A stretch of 63,629 bases of DNA, the filler included, from Chiloscyllium plagiosum (taxonomy: Eukaryota), in assembly GCF_004010195.1 (NCBI RefSeq). It is 4 parts of one record of this genome, joined end to end, with 100 filler letters (N's around TTAATTAATTAA, not from the genome) between each part and the next. Parts side by side here need not be neighbours in the genome. Positions count along the whole stretch, not along the records: positions 33,392 to 52,793 come from NC_057711.1; 3 more parts are not named here. One strand, 5' to 3'. A program made the translations under genes and the position numbers. Positions 40,697 to 52,485 of the stretch are shown here, in pieces (the stretch's first letter is position 1; each line of letters begins with the position of its first letter). The notes below the pieces were generated by a model that did not search any database, was not told the DNA's origin, and was given only the letters and a program-made list of their open reading frames with translations.

Positions 40697-41016
40697 GTGG
40701 ACAGCCCGGTGGCACAGTGGTTAGCACTGCTGCCTCACAGCGCCAGAGACCTGGGTTCAATTCCCATCTCAGGCGACTGACTGTGTGGAGTTTGCACATT
40801 CTCCCCGTGTCTGCGTGGGTTTCCTCCGGGTGCTCCGGTTTCTTCCCACAGTCCAAAGATGTGCAGGTCAGGTGAATTGGCCATGCTAAATTGCCCGTAG
40901 TGTTAGGTAAGGGGTAAATGTAGGGGTATGGGTGGGTTGCGCTTCAGCGGGTCGGTGTGGACTTGTTGGGCCGAACGGCCTGTTTCCACACTGTAATGTA
41001 ATCTAATCTAATCTAA
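40697..41016 (+). mobile_element. HE1-type V-SINE, young
   Basis: Nearly identical to 27193-27493; (AATCT)n tail. Confidence 0.92.
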
Positions 41017-42135
41017 ATGAAACAAATTGCTTCTGCCTGCCCTTGGTCCATTCCCTCCATTCCTTGCATATTCATGTGCTTAGCTATAAGTCCCTTAACT
41101 GCCCCTAACATAACTGTTTCCAACACCATTCCGGGCAACATGTTCCAGTCTCCTACCACCCTCTGAAAAAACTTACCCCTCACAACTCATTTGAACTTTC
41201 CTCCTCTCACCTTAAATGCATGTCATCTAGTATTAGACATTTCCATCTGAGAAAAAGATTCTGACAGTCAATTCAATCTATGCATGTCATAATTTTATAG
41301 ATTTCTATCAAGTCTCCCTTCAGCCTCCAACGCTCCAGAGAAAACAACCCCAGTTTTCCAGCCTCTCCTTACAGTGCATACCCTCTAATCCAGGCAGCAT
41401 CCTGGTGAATCTCTTCTGACCCCCTCCAAAGCCTTCACATCCTTCCTGTATTGTGGCAATCAGAACTGAACACAAATTCTAAGTGTAACCTAAGCAATGT
41501 CTTATTAAACTGCAACAGGACATCCTGACTCTTGTACTCAATTCCTTGACCAATAAATGCCAACTTATTGGTCATATGCTTTCTTTACTACCCTATCTAC
41601 TTGTGTAGCCACTTTCATGGAGCTATGGACTTGAACCCCAAGATCCCTCTATACATCAATTCTGGGCAGGGTCCTGTCATTAACTGTATATTTTTCCTTA
41701 AAGTTTGATCTAGCAAAGTGCTGCAGCTCACACATACCCAGATTAAACTCCATCTGCTATCTCTCTACTTATATTTGCAATTGATCAATATCCCGCTGTA
41801 TCCTTTGACAATCTTTCTACACCATCCACAATTCCACTGTCTTTGTGTCATCTACGAATTTACTAATCCATCTATCCAATATTTTCATCCAAACTATTTA
41901 CAAATATCACAAACAGGTGAGGTCCCAGTACAGATCCCTGTGGAACACTACTAGTCATAGATCTTCAGCCAAAAAAACACTCTTTTACCACTAGCCTCTA
42001 CTTTCTATGGCAAGCCAATTCTGAATCCACCTTGGAACCCTTGCATCTTAATCTTCTGGATGACATTACCATGATGGACATTGTTGAAAGCTTTATTAAA
42101 ATACAAAGTTAAAAATCACACAACACCTCCACTAT

Positions 42136-42170
42136 CACCTGATGAAGGAGCGACACTCCGAAAGCTAGTG
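42136..42170 (+). ncRNA. Minimal type-I hammerhead ribozyme motif in a Penelope-like insertion (42107-42263)
   Basis: CAC-CTGATGA-A-GGAG-cgaca-CTCC-GAAA-GCTA-GTG: helix I CAC/GTG, palindromic AGCT at helix III, CUA triplet; TSD TTA[T/C]TAAAATACAA at 42093 and 42264. Confidence 0.7.
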
Positions 42171-44799
42171 TGCTTCCAATCAAACCTGTTGGACTATAAC
42201 CTGGTGTTGAGTGATTTGTAACTTTGTACAGCCCAGTCCAACACCGGCATCTCCAAATCATGATTACTAAAATACAATATTCACTGCTCTCCCCTCATCG
42301 CCAACTTTTTCAGCTTCTCAAAAAATTCAATCAAGTTAGTAAGACATGACCTGCCCCTCACAAAGCAATGCTGACTGTGTCCCTAATTAGGCCATGCTTT
42401 TCCAAATGCACTTAAATTCAATCTCTAAGAATTCTCTCCAATAGTTTACCAACCAACGATGTGAGACTCACTCTTCTATACTTCCCTAGATTATCCCTAT
42501 TTCCCTTCCTGAACATGGCTAGCAAGCATGCAAAGATCTTGGTCAAGACCCCAGTAATCTCTTCTCTTGCCTCTCTCAATAACCTGGGGCTGATTCCATT
42601 GGGCCCTAAGGATTTATCCACCTTAGTGCTCTTCAAAAGAAGCATTATCACTTCTTTCTTGATCTCAAAATGCCTTAGCTTATCAGTATGCTCCATGCAA
42701 ATCTCACCATCCTAGATATCCTTCTCCTCAGTGAATACCAACGCAAAGAACTCACTTAGGATCTAGCCAACATCCTCTGTTTCCAAGCACAAATTCCCCC
42801 CCTTTATCGTTGAGTGGTCCTACCTTCCCCTATTGCAGAACTCTTAATGAAGAATTCTACTCTTTGCCAAAGGATCTCACACCACAAATTGCCATTTGAT
42901 CATCTCTCGCTCCACAATACCCATTGGTGTAGGATGGCTTGCTCTCTAGTTGCGTCTTCAACATATTGGTCGAGGAAACCATCCCTCATACATTCCAGGA
43001 AATCCTCCTACATCCAATTGCTACCAATTTGGTTAGTCCAATCAATGTATAGATTGAAATCACCCATAGTAACTGCTGTACCATTTCTGCATGCATCTCT
43101 AATTTTCTGTTTGATGCCATACCAAAACTTGCAACTACTGTTTGGTACTCTGTATACAACTGCCAGTGACATATTTTTACCTTTAGTGTTCCACACTCCA
43201 CCCATACAGTTTCTGCATTGTCCAGGCTAAAGTTCTCGATTACTATTATGTTAATCTCCTCCTTAACAAGCAGCGCTAAACCACCTCCCTTTCCTTTCCA
43301 TCTATCTTTCCTGAAAATTGATTAACATTGAACATTGAGTTCCCAACCTTGGCCACTCCGGAGCCAGTTCTCCATGATTCCAATTACTTCATATTCATTA
43401 ATAACTTTCTGCACAGTTAATTCGTCCACATTATTACGAATGTTTCTTACCTTGAGACACGGAGTTGGCAGTGTCTCGATTAGATTGGTGCTGGAAAAGC
43501 ACAGCAGGTCAGGCAGCATCCGAGGAGCAGGAAAATCAATGTTTTGAGCAAAAACTCTTCATCAGGAATGAAGGCAGGGAGCCTCCGGGTTGGGATTGTG
43601 TTCGGTGTGGATTGGTTAGACCAAAGGGTCTTCCCTAACAGCACTAGCAAGCACTCCCCCCAGGACATTGGTTCCAGTCCCGCCCAGGTGCAGACTGTCC
43701 AGTTTGTACTGGTCCCACTTCCTCCAGAACCAGTTCCAATGTCCCAGGAATTTGAATCCCTCCCTCTTGCACCATCCGTCAAGCCATGAATTCATCTTAT
43801 CTATCTTGCCATTCCTACTGTGACTAACATCTGGCACTGGTAGCTATCCCAAGATTGCTATCTATGAAGTCCTACTTTTTAGTTTAACTCCTAACTCCCT
43901 AAATTCAGCTTGTAGGACTTCATCCCAATTTTTAAAAAAAAGTATCATTGGAGCCTATATGCACCATAACCACTTGATATAGGATGGCTTGATATTCACC
44001 CTTTCCCTTCAGAATGTTCTGCAGCTGCTCCAAGATATTCTTGATCCTGATGAAATGATCTGAAACATCAACTCTCCTGCTCCTCTAATGCTGCTTGACC
44101 TGCTGTGCCTTTTCCAGCTCCACACTTTATCGAGTCTGACTTTTCAGCATCCGCAGGTCTCACTACCTCCAAATCCTTGATCCTTGCACCAGGAAGGCAA
44201 CATAAAATCCTGGACTCTCATGTGTGTTTGCAGAAACGCCTGTCTGTACCCCTTATAATTAAATCTCCTATCACTATAGCTCTGCCATTCTTTTGTCTGC
44301 CTTCCCGTGCTGCTGAGCCAGCCATGTTGCCATGAGCCGAGTTGCTGCCGCCTTCCCCTGATGAGCCATTTCCCTCAACAGTATCCAAAACAATACATCT
44401 GTTTTGGAGGGAGATGACTGCAGGGGACTCATGTACAGCCTTCCTACTCTTCCTCTGTCTTGTGGTCACCCATTCCCTATCTTCCTCAATAATTTCTTTA
44501 TCTGCAGTGTAATCAACTTACTGAATGTGCTATCCAGATTCTGACAGCCTCTCAGATGCTCCAAAGAAAATCCAGCCACAGCTCCAAAGCTGTCAAGCAG
44601 TCAGAGAGGAGCTGCAGCTGGACACATTTCCTGCAACTTCCCACAGAGGGCAAAGTTTCACTTAAGCCCTTTGAAAGATGATCTAAACAAGGACCTTGAT
44701 ACAGAATGAATTTGCAAAGGCTGACAGGGATGCACACCAAAATGCCCCTTGCATTGGCAGTGTATCTATTGTTACTTTGTTACTAGGCAGGAGAGTGGA

Positions 44800-45220
44800 A
44801 CCAGCTTGGAGCAGGATTTTGCACAGAGCTTAGAGCTGTCATTTGCAACATAGATAAGATGGAAATTTAACTCTAATGAGTCTGAGCATAATTTAGCATA
44901 TGAAGACTGATAGATCAGCTTACAATGAACACAAGCTGTATATAGCCCACATCTGAATACATCAGTGAAAGCTCAGACCGAGTTTCTGAAATCTCAGGTT
45001 GTTGCGATGTAGTCCCAGCTTCCTGGCATGCAGGTTCATGCTAACATAGCTATGGGTATCCATGTTGAAATAAATATTTGAACTGCTAATGGTTTCCCAG
45101 AGTACAAGCCTGCTGTTCTCCCATAGGATGTCAGCATTGGACTCCATTTAGTGCAGAGACCTTGGTGTCTAACAATCTTATTTTAATGGTACAATCTGAA
45201 GTTAGGCCCTAAAGACTTAA
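44800..45220 (-). pseudogene. PKD1-like PKD-domain fragment
   Basis: DCTIKI...VSALNGVQC*HP ~ SCSFDVVSPVAGLRVIYP; NSRLVL ~ DGRLYV; NLRFQKL ~ SARFENV; FHLIYVANDSS ~ VVDVVVENSAS. Confidence 0.5.
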
Positions 45221-46799
45221 AGATACTCAAATGCGTCTCATAAGACTGTGTTGTGAGACCGATGTAAAAGGCCAAATCTTTCACTGGACAGTCAACCACC
45301 ACACAGAAACATTAGGCAAGACATAGATTGTGGAAAATGGAAAGGCACTATGATAGTAATGTTGCAAAGCCAAAAGGTAAGCTGGCTTTGTAGATAATTT
45401 ATACATTTTGTTAATGTGTTAATGTGATGGTTCGTAACTGAAACAAATTCACACAAGGTTGTGAATTTTCTTTAATAACAAATTTTTAAAAATTTATTCT
45501 ATAAAGGAAGACATTTTTTAAAAAGTCTAAAGAAAACAGTTAGAAGATAGCAAAACAAAGCTTCTATCTGTCTCCCAATGCAAATGCAGAAAAATTACAT
45601 GCCTCTCGCTAGAAAGTTTCACAAACTAAACCCTTCTAGGAGTTTCAGTTAACTCTGATTTCTCTCCATAGATGCTGCCAGACCTGCTGAGATGTTCCAA
45701 TTTCTGTTTTTGTTTCGTTCCATGGAGATAATTGATTCCCTGAAATGCCCTGAACTCCTTTTAGAAATGAAACTAAACTTGCTTCTGAACCTAATTCCAG
45801 TGTTTTACAAACAGAATTAACAAAAATCTTGTTACATCCAAAATTTTTTTGAACTGAAAATAAAGCTAATGGCCCTAAATGTTTAATCCACTTGTCATAA
45901 AACCAACACTCAAAACACTTTTCCAGTAACACCACAGTGGTCTGCAGTCACCTGCTTTCTGATGTTGAGAGGTTGTTTTCCCTGTGGAAGTGTTTCAGAC
46001 CAGAGGGCATAATCATCAGGTGACCTGACAAAGAAGCACTGCTTCAAAAGCTTGTGATTTCAAATAAACCTGTTGGACTACAACTGCGTGTCATGTGACT
46101 TTGTCTACCCTAGTCCAACACCAGCACCTCCACATCATGAATCTTTGACATTCTTTATGTTGAGGATTGTAGCATCTGAGTCATTCCGTATAATCAAGGG
46201 AGATCTTTAATCAGTAAAGGAATGAAAGGTTGTTGGCACAAAGCAGGGAAAGTGCACTATTATCAAATCAGCCATGATGTCATTGAAATGTAGAGCAAGC
46301 TTGATGATCCAAATGGCTTACTTCTGCTCCTGTTTAATAGTCTTACAGAAGGACTGTCTGACCTTTTCATTAAAAGAAAGCCCACTGTATTAAAATCCTA
46401 TATATTAAAATTTATATACATTTCACCACAACGCACTGAGCATTGCATGGAATATTGACTGTTACCCGCTAAATTTAAAATAGAATGGTTGTTTTGCAGT
46501 ATTGTGTGTTTCTGATTGTAGCCAAGAGACACTATAACAGAGAGACACTAAACTGTTTAACTGGTGTTCCATGGGGATTTGGAGTTATACAAAAGCCACA
46601 CAACACATTCACAGACTTATCACCTGCAATATTGATGCATCAACTGCCTTCTCACTTTCTCCTCTTCCTCAGGCACTCACCAAATCTCTGATAGCGAGGG
46701 GCATTCATCAAGATAATTGTGCTGTAGAGTATGTGATAGACCATCGCAATTTGGGACACCGATTCTAGTGAGTGCTGAAGGTTTCCTCCAGAATGATCA

Positions 46800-47603
46800 A
46801 GACAGTAGAACAGTTGCCTCAGTGCCTCAATAGATTGCACACCAGTGGTACAACTCGTTATATAAATACAGAATATATATAGCTGGGTAACATAGGGAAC
46901 TTATTAACCAAGTGCAGAGATAATCCCCTGCCATCCAACAGCAACCTTCTGACATTGAAATGGGAGTTGACACAAACATAAGATGGCCACTGAGCCATAA
47001 GTTGGTCACTTACCGCACAAGATGGCTACTGAGCCATTACATGGAAAAATATAGCAGAGCATACACAGCTACTGCCTGAGGCTAATAGGATACCAGCACA
47101 AAAGACACAGAATGTAGATGATTAGTTTAAGGTGGGTGGGGGAGAGAATACACATCGATAGTATCTACTGACCGCCGAAGTGTCTGAGTCCAGCTACCAC
47201 CTTCAATAGAAATATTAACTACCTGAAACTGCCTGTATACAAATGTTAATACCTTAGATTTGCAGTTATGGAAAACTACCTTCCTTCTCAGGAAGAACGA
47301 TCATAACCAATTACTGCAGCAATGGACTTCTGTGTAGCTGCTGAAACTGACAATGATTCTGTAATGTTTTATGTAAATAAACCATGCTGTACAAACAAAG
47401 GCTCAATATTTGGATCATTATACCATGAAATGTATATAATATCGTGATATGTGCTCCGAGGGTGAGAGAAGGCTCGCAACTGAGAGTTGTGCTGCTGGAC
47501 ATCTCTCTCTCTCTCTCCCCCCAGAGCTGCAGTTTCTTTGTACAATAACCTCTGTCATTGAATCCCGATTCTGACTCCAAGACTGGTGATTTTCCCCACA
47601 ACA
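46800..47603 (+). mobile_element. ERV 5' LTR (5' boundary uncertain)
   Basis: Ends ...CCACAACA two bases before the PBS; TATA-like near 47433 and poly(A)-signal-like AATAAC near 47544. Confidence 0.6.
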
Positions 47604-47605
47604 AC

Positions 47606-47623
47606 TGGTGCTGCAAGCAGGGT
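47606..47623 (+). promoter_or_regulatory. Primer-binding site, tRNA-Ser-like
   Basis: TGGTGCTGCAAGCAGGGT vs TGGCGCAGCGAGCAGGGT (complement of a vertebrate tRNA-Ser 3' end, from memory); two of the three mismatches are CpG transitions. Confidence 0.65.
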
Positions 47624-48569
47624 CCTATTCCTGGTGGTCTGGTCAAAGGCCACGATCAGGGGGCCGGGGTAAGAGACACTTTGAATCTGCAAACGGTAAG
47701 AGTCAGACCAGGCCAAAGACACAGTTTAAAAGGGTTTATCATTGTAACGTGTAATTTGTGCGATAGTACTGGGTTGTGTATAAATGCATGCCTGTGGAGC
47801 ATAAATGGGAAAGTGTACTAACTGGTATGGTAACCAGCTGTTTGTGCTGAAACGACCAGAGGGCAAGGTAGTGTCTGCCTCAAAACCTGCCCTAAACTGG
47901 TTGTTAAGAGGGGGTGATAGTTGGGAATTGAAGTGGAAATTGAGGTGCCATGGGCACTAAGTGCTGTGAAACACAAGTGGCAAAGTCGGGTAACGTTGGA
48001 CTCTGTAGGGGCAAGCAACGCAGAGTCCAGTTAGAGCCTGGTTGAAGGTTGAGTGCTGTCTGTTATTGTGTTTTAAGTTGATGTGATGAGGAAAAGGAGC
48101 TGATCACTCTGACCAAGAGCCAAACTCCAATGGAGCAGTATGTTACTGAGGTGGGAACATTGAACAATGTGAGTAACCGTGATACCCTGTCAGTCTGTAA
48201 TAGAGCTTGAATAACAGCAGTGGTCGGGAAGGTAAAAAGTCCCCCAGGTAGAGAGCACACCGGGCTAGAGGTAGGGTTCTTGGCCTATTGGGCAGTGTTG
48301 GAACAGTAGAGGTGGCTGGGAGGGTAGAAGAGTCCTGGTAGAGAGCACACCCTATTGAGCCAGCATTCCCAGCCGACTAGTAGTGGTCCCTCGGAGGGTA
48401 GAGCAGTCCCACCGGTAGAGAGCACACCTTGCTAGGAGGCTGTTACAGCTGTACCGACAGTGCTGGGACAATATAGTGTCTGCAGGGTAGAGAAGTCCTA
48501 CTGGTTATGGATACTTTACAGTTGGTGGTATCCAGGGCTACACAATCTGTAAGCTAGCAGATCAGGATT

Positions 48570-49795
48570 TTAGAGGGGATACTGCAGGTTCCCTTATTGA
48601 GAAATACAAGACAGACAAACTTGTGCTGACAGAACAGATGACGAATGGGGTTTGGGACCCATCCCAACCATTAGTACAGCAGCAGAACTGGATTGACAAA
48701 GAAAAATGAAATAAAACTAAAAAGCTATGGGTAATGTTAACGTACCAATTAGCAGGCCTAATTGAACAAGTAGATGCCTCCACTAGCAGGCCAAGAATGA
48801 ATTGAGGAGCTGCAGGATAAGATAAAGGAGCTAGAACAAATATTAGAAAAAGTACAGGAGCAAAGCGAGACTGACTCTCTCCCCTCCTACGAAACGGTAC
48901 AGCAGGGACCAACTGCTCCCTCAGCAGAGCAGAAGGTTCAAGAATATAATCTAGCACCAGTCACTAGAGGAGGGACAGAGTTGCAGCTAAAAACAAACTA
49001 TGAACCCTTTATCCCAGGAGAAAGGCAACAGATCATGCTTCCCTGGGCAAATTACAGCCCTGAATTGCAAACACGAGGTTCTGGGAAAAGCTGGACAGTA
49101 TATGGTTAGAGCACCAACTGCACTTGAGGGATATACACCAGCTGGGCAGCCTGCCCACCGGACAAATGAAGACAGGTAGATGGTGGACCCAAAGCCACAG
49201 CAGCCCAAAGCTATAGGGAGGATGGTGGACACATGCTGTTGCCCTTACAGCTGAGATAGATGCTCAGCAGGCCCCTTTTGCCCATTTTCAAGATAAGATC
49301 CAACGGGTATTAGGAAATACACCCAAAAACTGGAGCAAAATCATAACCACGAAACAACTTAAAGGGGAAGGAGCTTCTGAGTATGCGGAATGATTATTTC
49401 AGGCATACCAGGAGTGCTGAGGACAAGCAAACCCAGATCGTGGGGACCGGGCATTCATTCAGGCTTTTAAAGACTGGCTCTCTAGCGCAAATCAACTCAT
49501 CCTGAAAATGGCAGTGATAGCGTCCCAAAATTATGACAACCTGGTAAAGTGGGCTAGCGGGTTGCAGGAGGCAGAAGCTCCCACAATTAAAACAAAACCT
49601 GACAGAACAGCCAACAGGAACGGAGGCGAAGGCAGAATCAAACCATCCTGCCACAACAGTGGCCTACAGGGGCACTTTGCCAGAGACTGTAGGGCCCACA
49701 GGCAGGGAATATGACAAGGGACAGCATAAAGTACTGCAACCACTCCAATAGAGCAGGTCATCCTGAGGCAGTGTGCTGGGAAAAGCATGGACAAT
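48570..49795 (+). pseudogene. gag: ERV gag, disrupted
   Basis: Capsid-like NWSKIITTKQLKGEGASEYAE*L..AY; two zinc knuckles CHNSGLQGHFARDC (49649-49690) and CNHSNRAGHPEAVC (49735-49776). Confidence 0.85.
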
Positions 49796-49796
49796 C

Positions 49797-51280
49797 CCCA
49801 TCAAACACCAGTCAAGAATCCAAACACTGCTGAGCACCAGCGAACAGCCAAAAGAGGCTACAGTCATAAAAATCAAAGCGCATCAAAATGAGCCAGAGAA
49901 AGATAGTCCAGGCTGGCTAAAACTTAAAGGGAGTCTAGCTTAGAGTGATGCTGGAAAAGTACAGCAGGTCAATCAGCATCTGAAGAGCAGGAAAATCGAC
50001 ATTTCGGGTAAAAGGCCTTCATCATCCCCAAAATTTAAAGGGAACCAAGCCACAGACTGAGCAGCCCAGCAAGTCCTAGAGGAGGAAATCACTGATGAAG
50101 TTCCAATAGCAACAATAGAACTAGCGGAAGATGCTATTCACATACAGCAGCTGCAGGAGGACACTCTGCAGGAAGATAGAGAGTGATGGAAAATGCAGGG
50201 AGCACTTAAAGGGGAGAATGGTGTCTGAAAGCAAGCAGACAAGGGGGTAGCACCAACATGCATACAAAACACCTTGCTCGAGCTGCACCACGGGCTCTCA
50301 CATACAGGCGGGGAAGCTATGATAGCAAGTCTAGGGAGAGTATGCTGGTGAAAGGGAATGGGAAGAGATATAGCCAAACATTGCCACAGATGCATGGTTT
50401 GTGCACAGCACAACCCAGGTAGACCCATAAAAGTTAGGATAGGAGACCAACCAAGGCCGAGGGACCCTGGGAACACCTCCAAATGGATTTCACAGGGTCA
50501 CTACCACCTTCCCGTGGGAAAATGTACTGCCTAGTCATCATAGGCCAGTTCACCCGATGGGTAGAGGCATTCCCCACCAAAAACTGTACCGCTACCACTG
50601 TAGCCAGGATTCTAGCAGAGGAGGTAATCCCGAGGTGGGGGGGTACCCCTACAGATCAATTCCGATCAAGGGACAGATTTCACAGGCAAAGTTATGAAAA
50701 ACAATTTGCCAGCTACTAGGATAAAACAAAAATTTCATATCCCCTATCACCCCAGAGCTCAGGGATGGTAGAGAGAATGAACTGAACCCTTAAAAATGCT
50801 TTAGTTAAAGCCATACAGACATCAGGAAGGACATTGGCTGAAGTGCTGCCAGTCATACTAATGAAATTAAGTGCCACCATAAATCAGGCAACCAGACAAA
50901 CACCCTACGACTTAATGACCAGGCGAGCAATGCAACTACCAGAGACCATTATAATGGTAGAACTGATGTAGGTCCAGTAAAAGACAAAATTCGGAGATAT
51001 GTACTGGAATTAAGAACCCAACTAAAAGGGATGTATAAATTGGTAACTGAGAGACAAGAGCAAAAGGACGAGGCAAATGAACTTGAAACCTTCCCTGAGG
51101 TCCCAGCACCTGAGAGCAGCATCCTCGTACAAACCCAACCTGACAAACCAGGCTTTGCCCCAAAATGGAATAGGCCGTACAAAGTTATAATCAGTGATGA
51201 CACCTGTGCCTGTAACGACATAAGGGGAAAAGGCACATGGAAGCACTGAACCCACTCAAACCATATAAGGACTCCTATGA
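49797..51280 (+). pseudogene. pol: ERV pol 3' part: RNase H end and integrase; protease and RT absent
   Basis: PIKH..IQTLL....PKEATVIKIKAH...GNQATD; HHCC (LHHGLSHTG...CHRCMVC); LQMDF, FTRWVEAFP, SDQG..F, YHPQSSGMVERMN; PKWNRPY. Confidence 0.92.
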
Positions 51281-51479
51281 ATGACATAATATGATTGACC
51301 ATCCCCCAGGGAAAGATAGGAACTGCGAGCAAGACAGTGACCAAGGGCACCAATACCACAACCGAGCAAACTACCCAGAGGCCAGGATAAAACTGCTGAC
51401 GAGACACAGAAATTACCTGCTGTTGCTGACTTCTGGTTACCATTGTAAAAAAAAGGGACACTGACTATTACCCTCATTT

Positions 51480-52485
51480 AACTTTAATCATGTACATACC
51501 TGAGTATATATTACTGTTTTGAAATGTTGTGATAGCTGAAAGCCTATCGGGATTTGAGGATAACCTCTTTTACAAAACCCACCTAAATTTATATGGGAAC
51601 TAAACTGTCTATTACCCAATGGTGCAATCGGTCAAATCCTTATTTGTGGCTACCCCTGTGTGGACCCCTCGTGACTTATACACAATAGATACTTCGGGCA
51701 TGTAAGAGACAGCTAGGAAAATACAAATGGGGACTCCAGCGTAGGTGTGTGGAATTGGTCAAGCCTACCCAGCTGGGCGGTCCAATGGTGGTAGGGGGAA
51801 GACCTAATTAAACATCATTGATTACCCACTCTGCTTCACAGGGCAGGGATGGGGATGTGTTCATGCCCTAGTACCTCGAAACAGTTAATGTGTGCAGACA
51901 CAATGTACTCACCAGCACTGTAGAATCACCCAGGGACAACTTACCTGCACCTGTAGCAAACAGGCATTCCTGAATGTAACTGCGGGAAGGCAGTTTATAT
52001 GTGGAGAGTGCAATGGCACTCATGTCAGCTCTGCCACTTTGACATACATTTTGATACCTACTAGCTGGTGGGAACAAACGGGGAGTCAGAGGTGAGATGG
52101 ATAGACAAACAGGCCCAGGAACAGGACACTGTATGCTATCAGGTAGCGAAGGGATTTGTTTTCTTAATTAAGGAGATTTATGCGACTGACTGTAACTTCT
52201 AACACCTAACTTCTCGAACCTTTTAGCCGTAGGAACGAAAGGACTCCTCACTGTACCATGCCCCAGCAAAGGACATGTTCGGAGAAGGATAGTGACCTAC
52301 CCCATTAGTCAGGAACTGTGTGCTGATTGACAGATCCCCACAATGCTGAGATTATCATTGGAGTACAGGTTTTTGGGATCTCTGTCTTTGTGGGAGCATC
52401 AGGGCTTGTCAGCGCTAAAAACTGCAGCTACATTGTGTGTGGATTAACAATCTTAGGGGACAATACATCAAAGACTCTACAAGTA
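51480..52485 (+). pseudogene. env: ERV env, disrupted and 3'-truncated
   Basis: Follows integrase; Cys-rich SU-like region; basic cleavage-like HVRRR (from 52274); Gly-rich hydrophobic VFGISVFVGASGLV; then YIVCGLTILGDNTSKTL. Confidence 0.7.

Larger units (their letters stand above)
40622..42830 (-). mobile_element. Second CR1 nested in the first
   Basis: Own 3' tail at 40622; DKSLGPNGISPRLLREAREEI...YRRVSLTSLVGKLLE. Confidence 0.8.
37615..44640 (-). mobile_element. Near full-length degraded CR1 (ORF1 and ORF2) with nested insertions
   Basis: ORF1 CRKCVQLQLL, esterase AIVIGDLIIRGTDRRFC and DSLHL..TGTNVL; endonuclease VIGIMENWL and MGDFN..IDW; RT PQGSVLGPQLF...KFADNTK. Confidence 0.85.

Noticed and set aside
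51240..51480. ERV accessory gene between pol and env
   Set aside because: Short, interrupted and without recognisable motifs; cannot be told apart from an env leader in one degraded copy.
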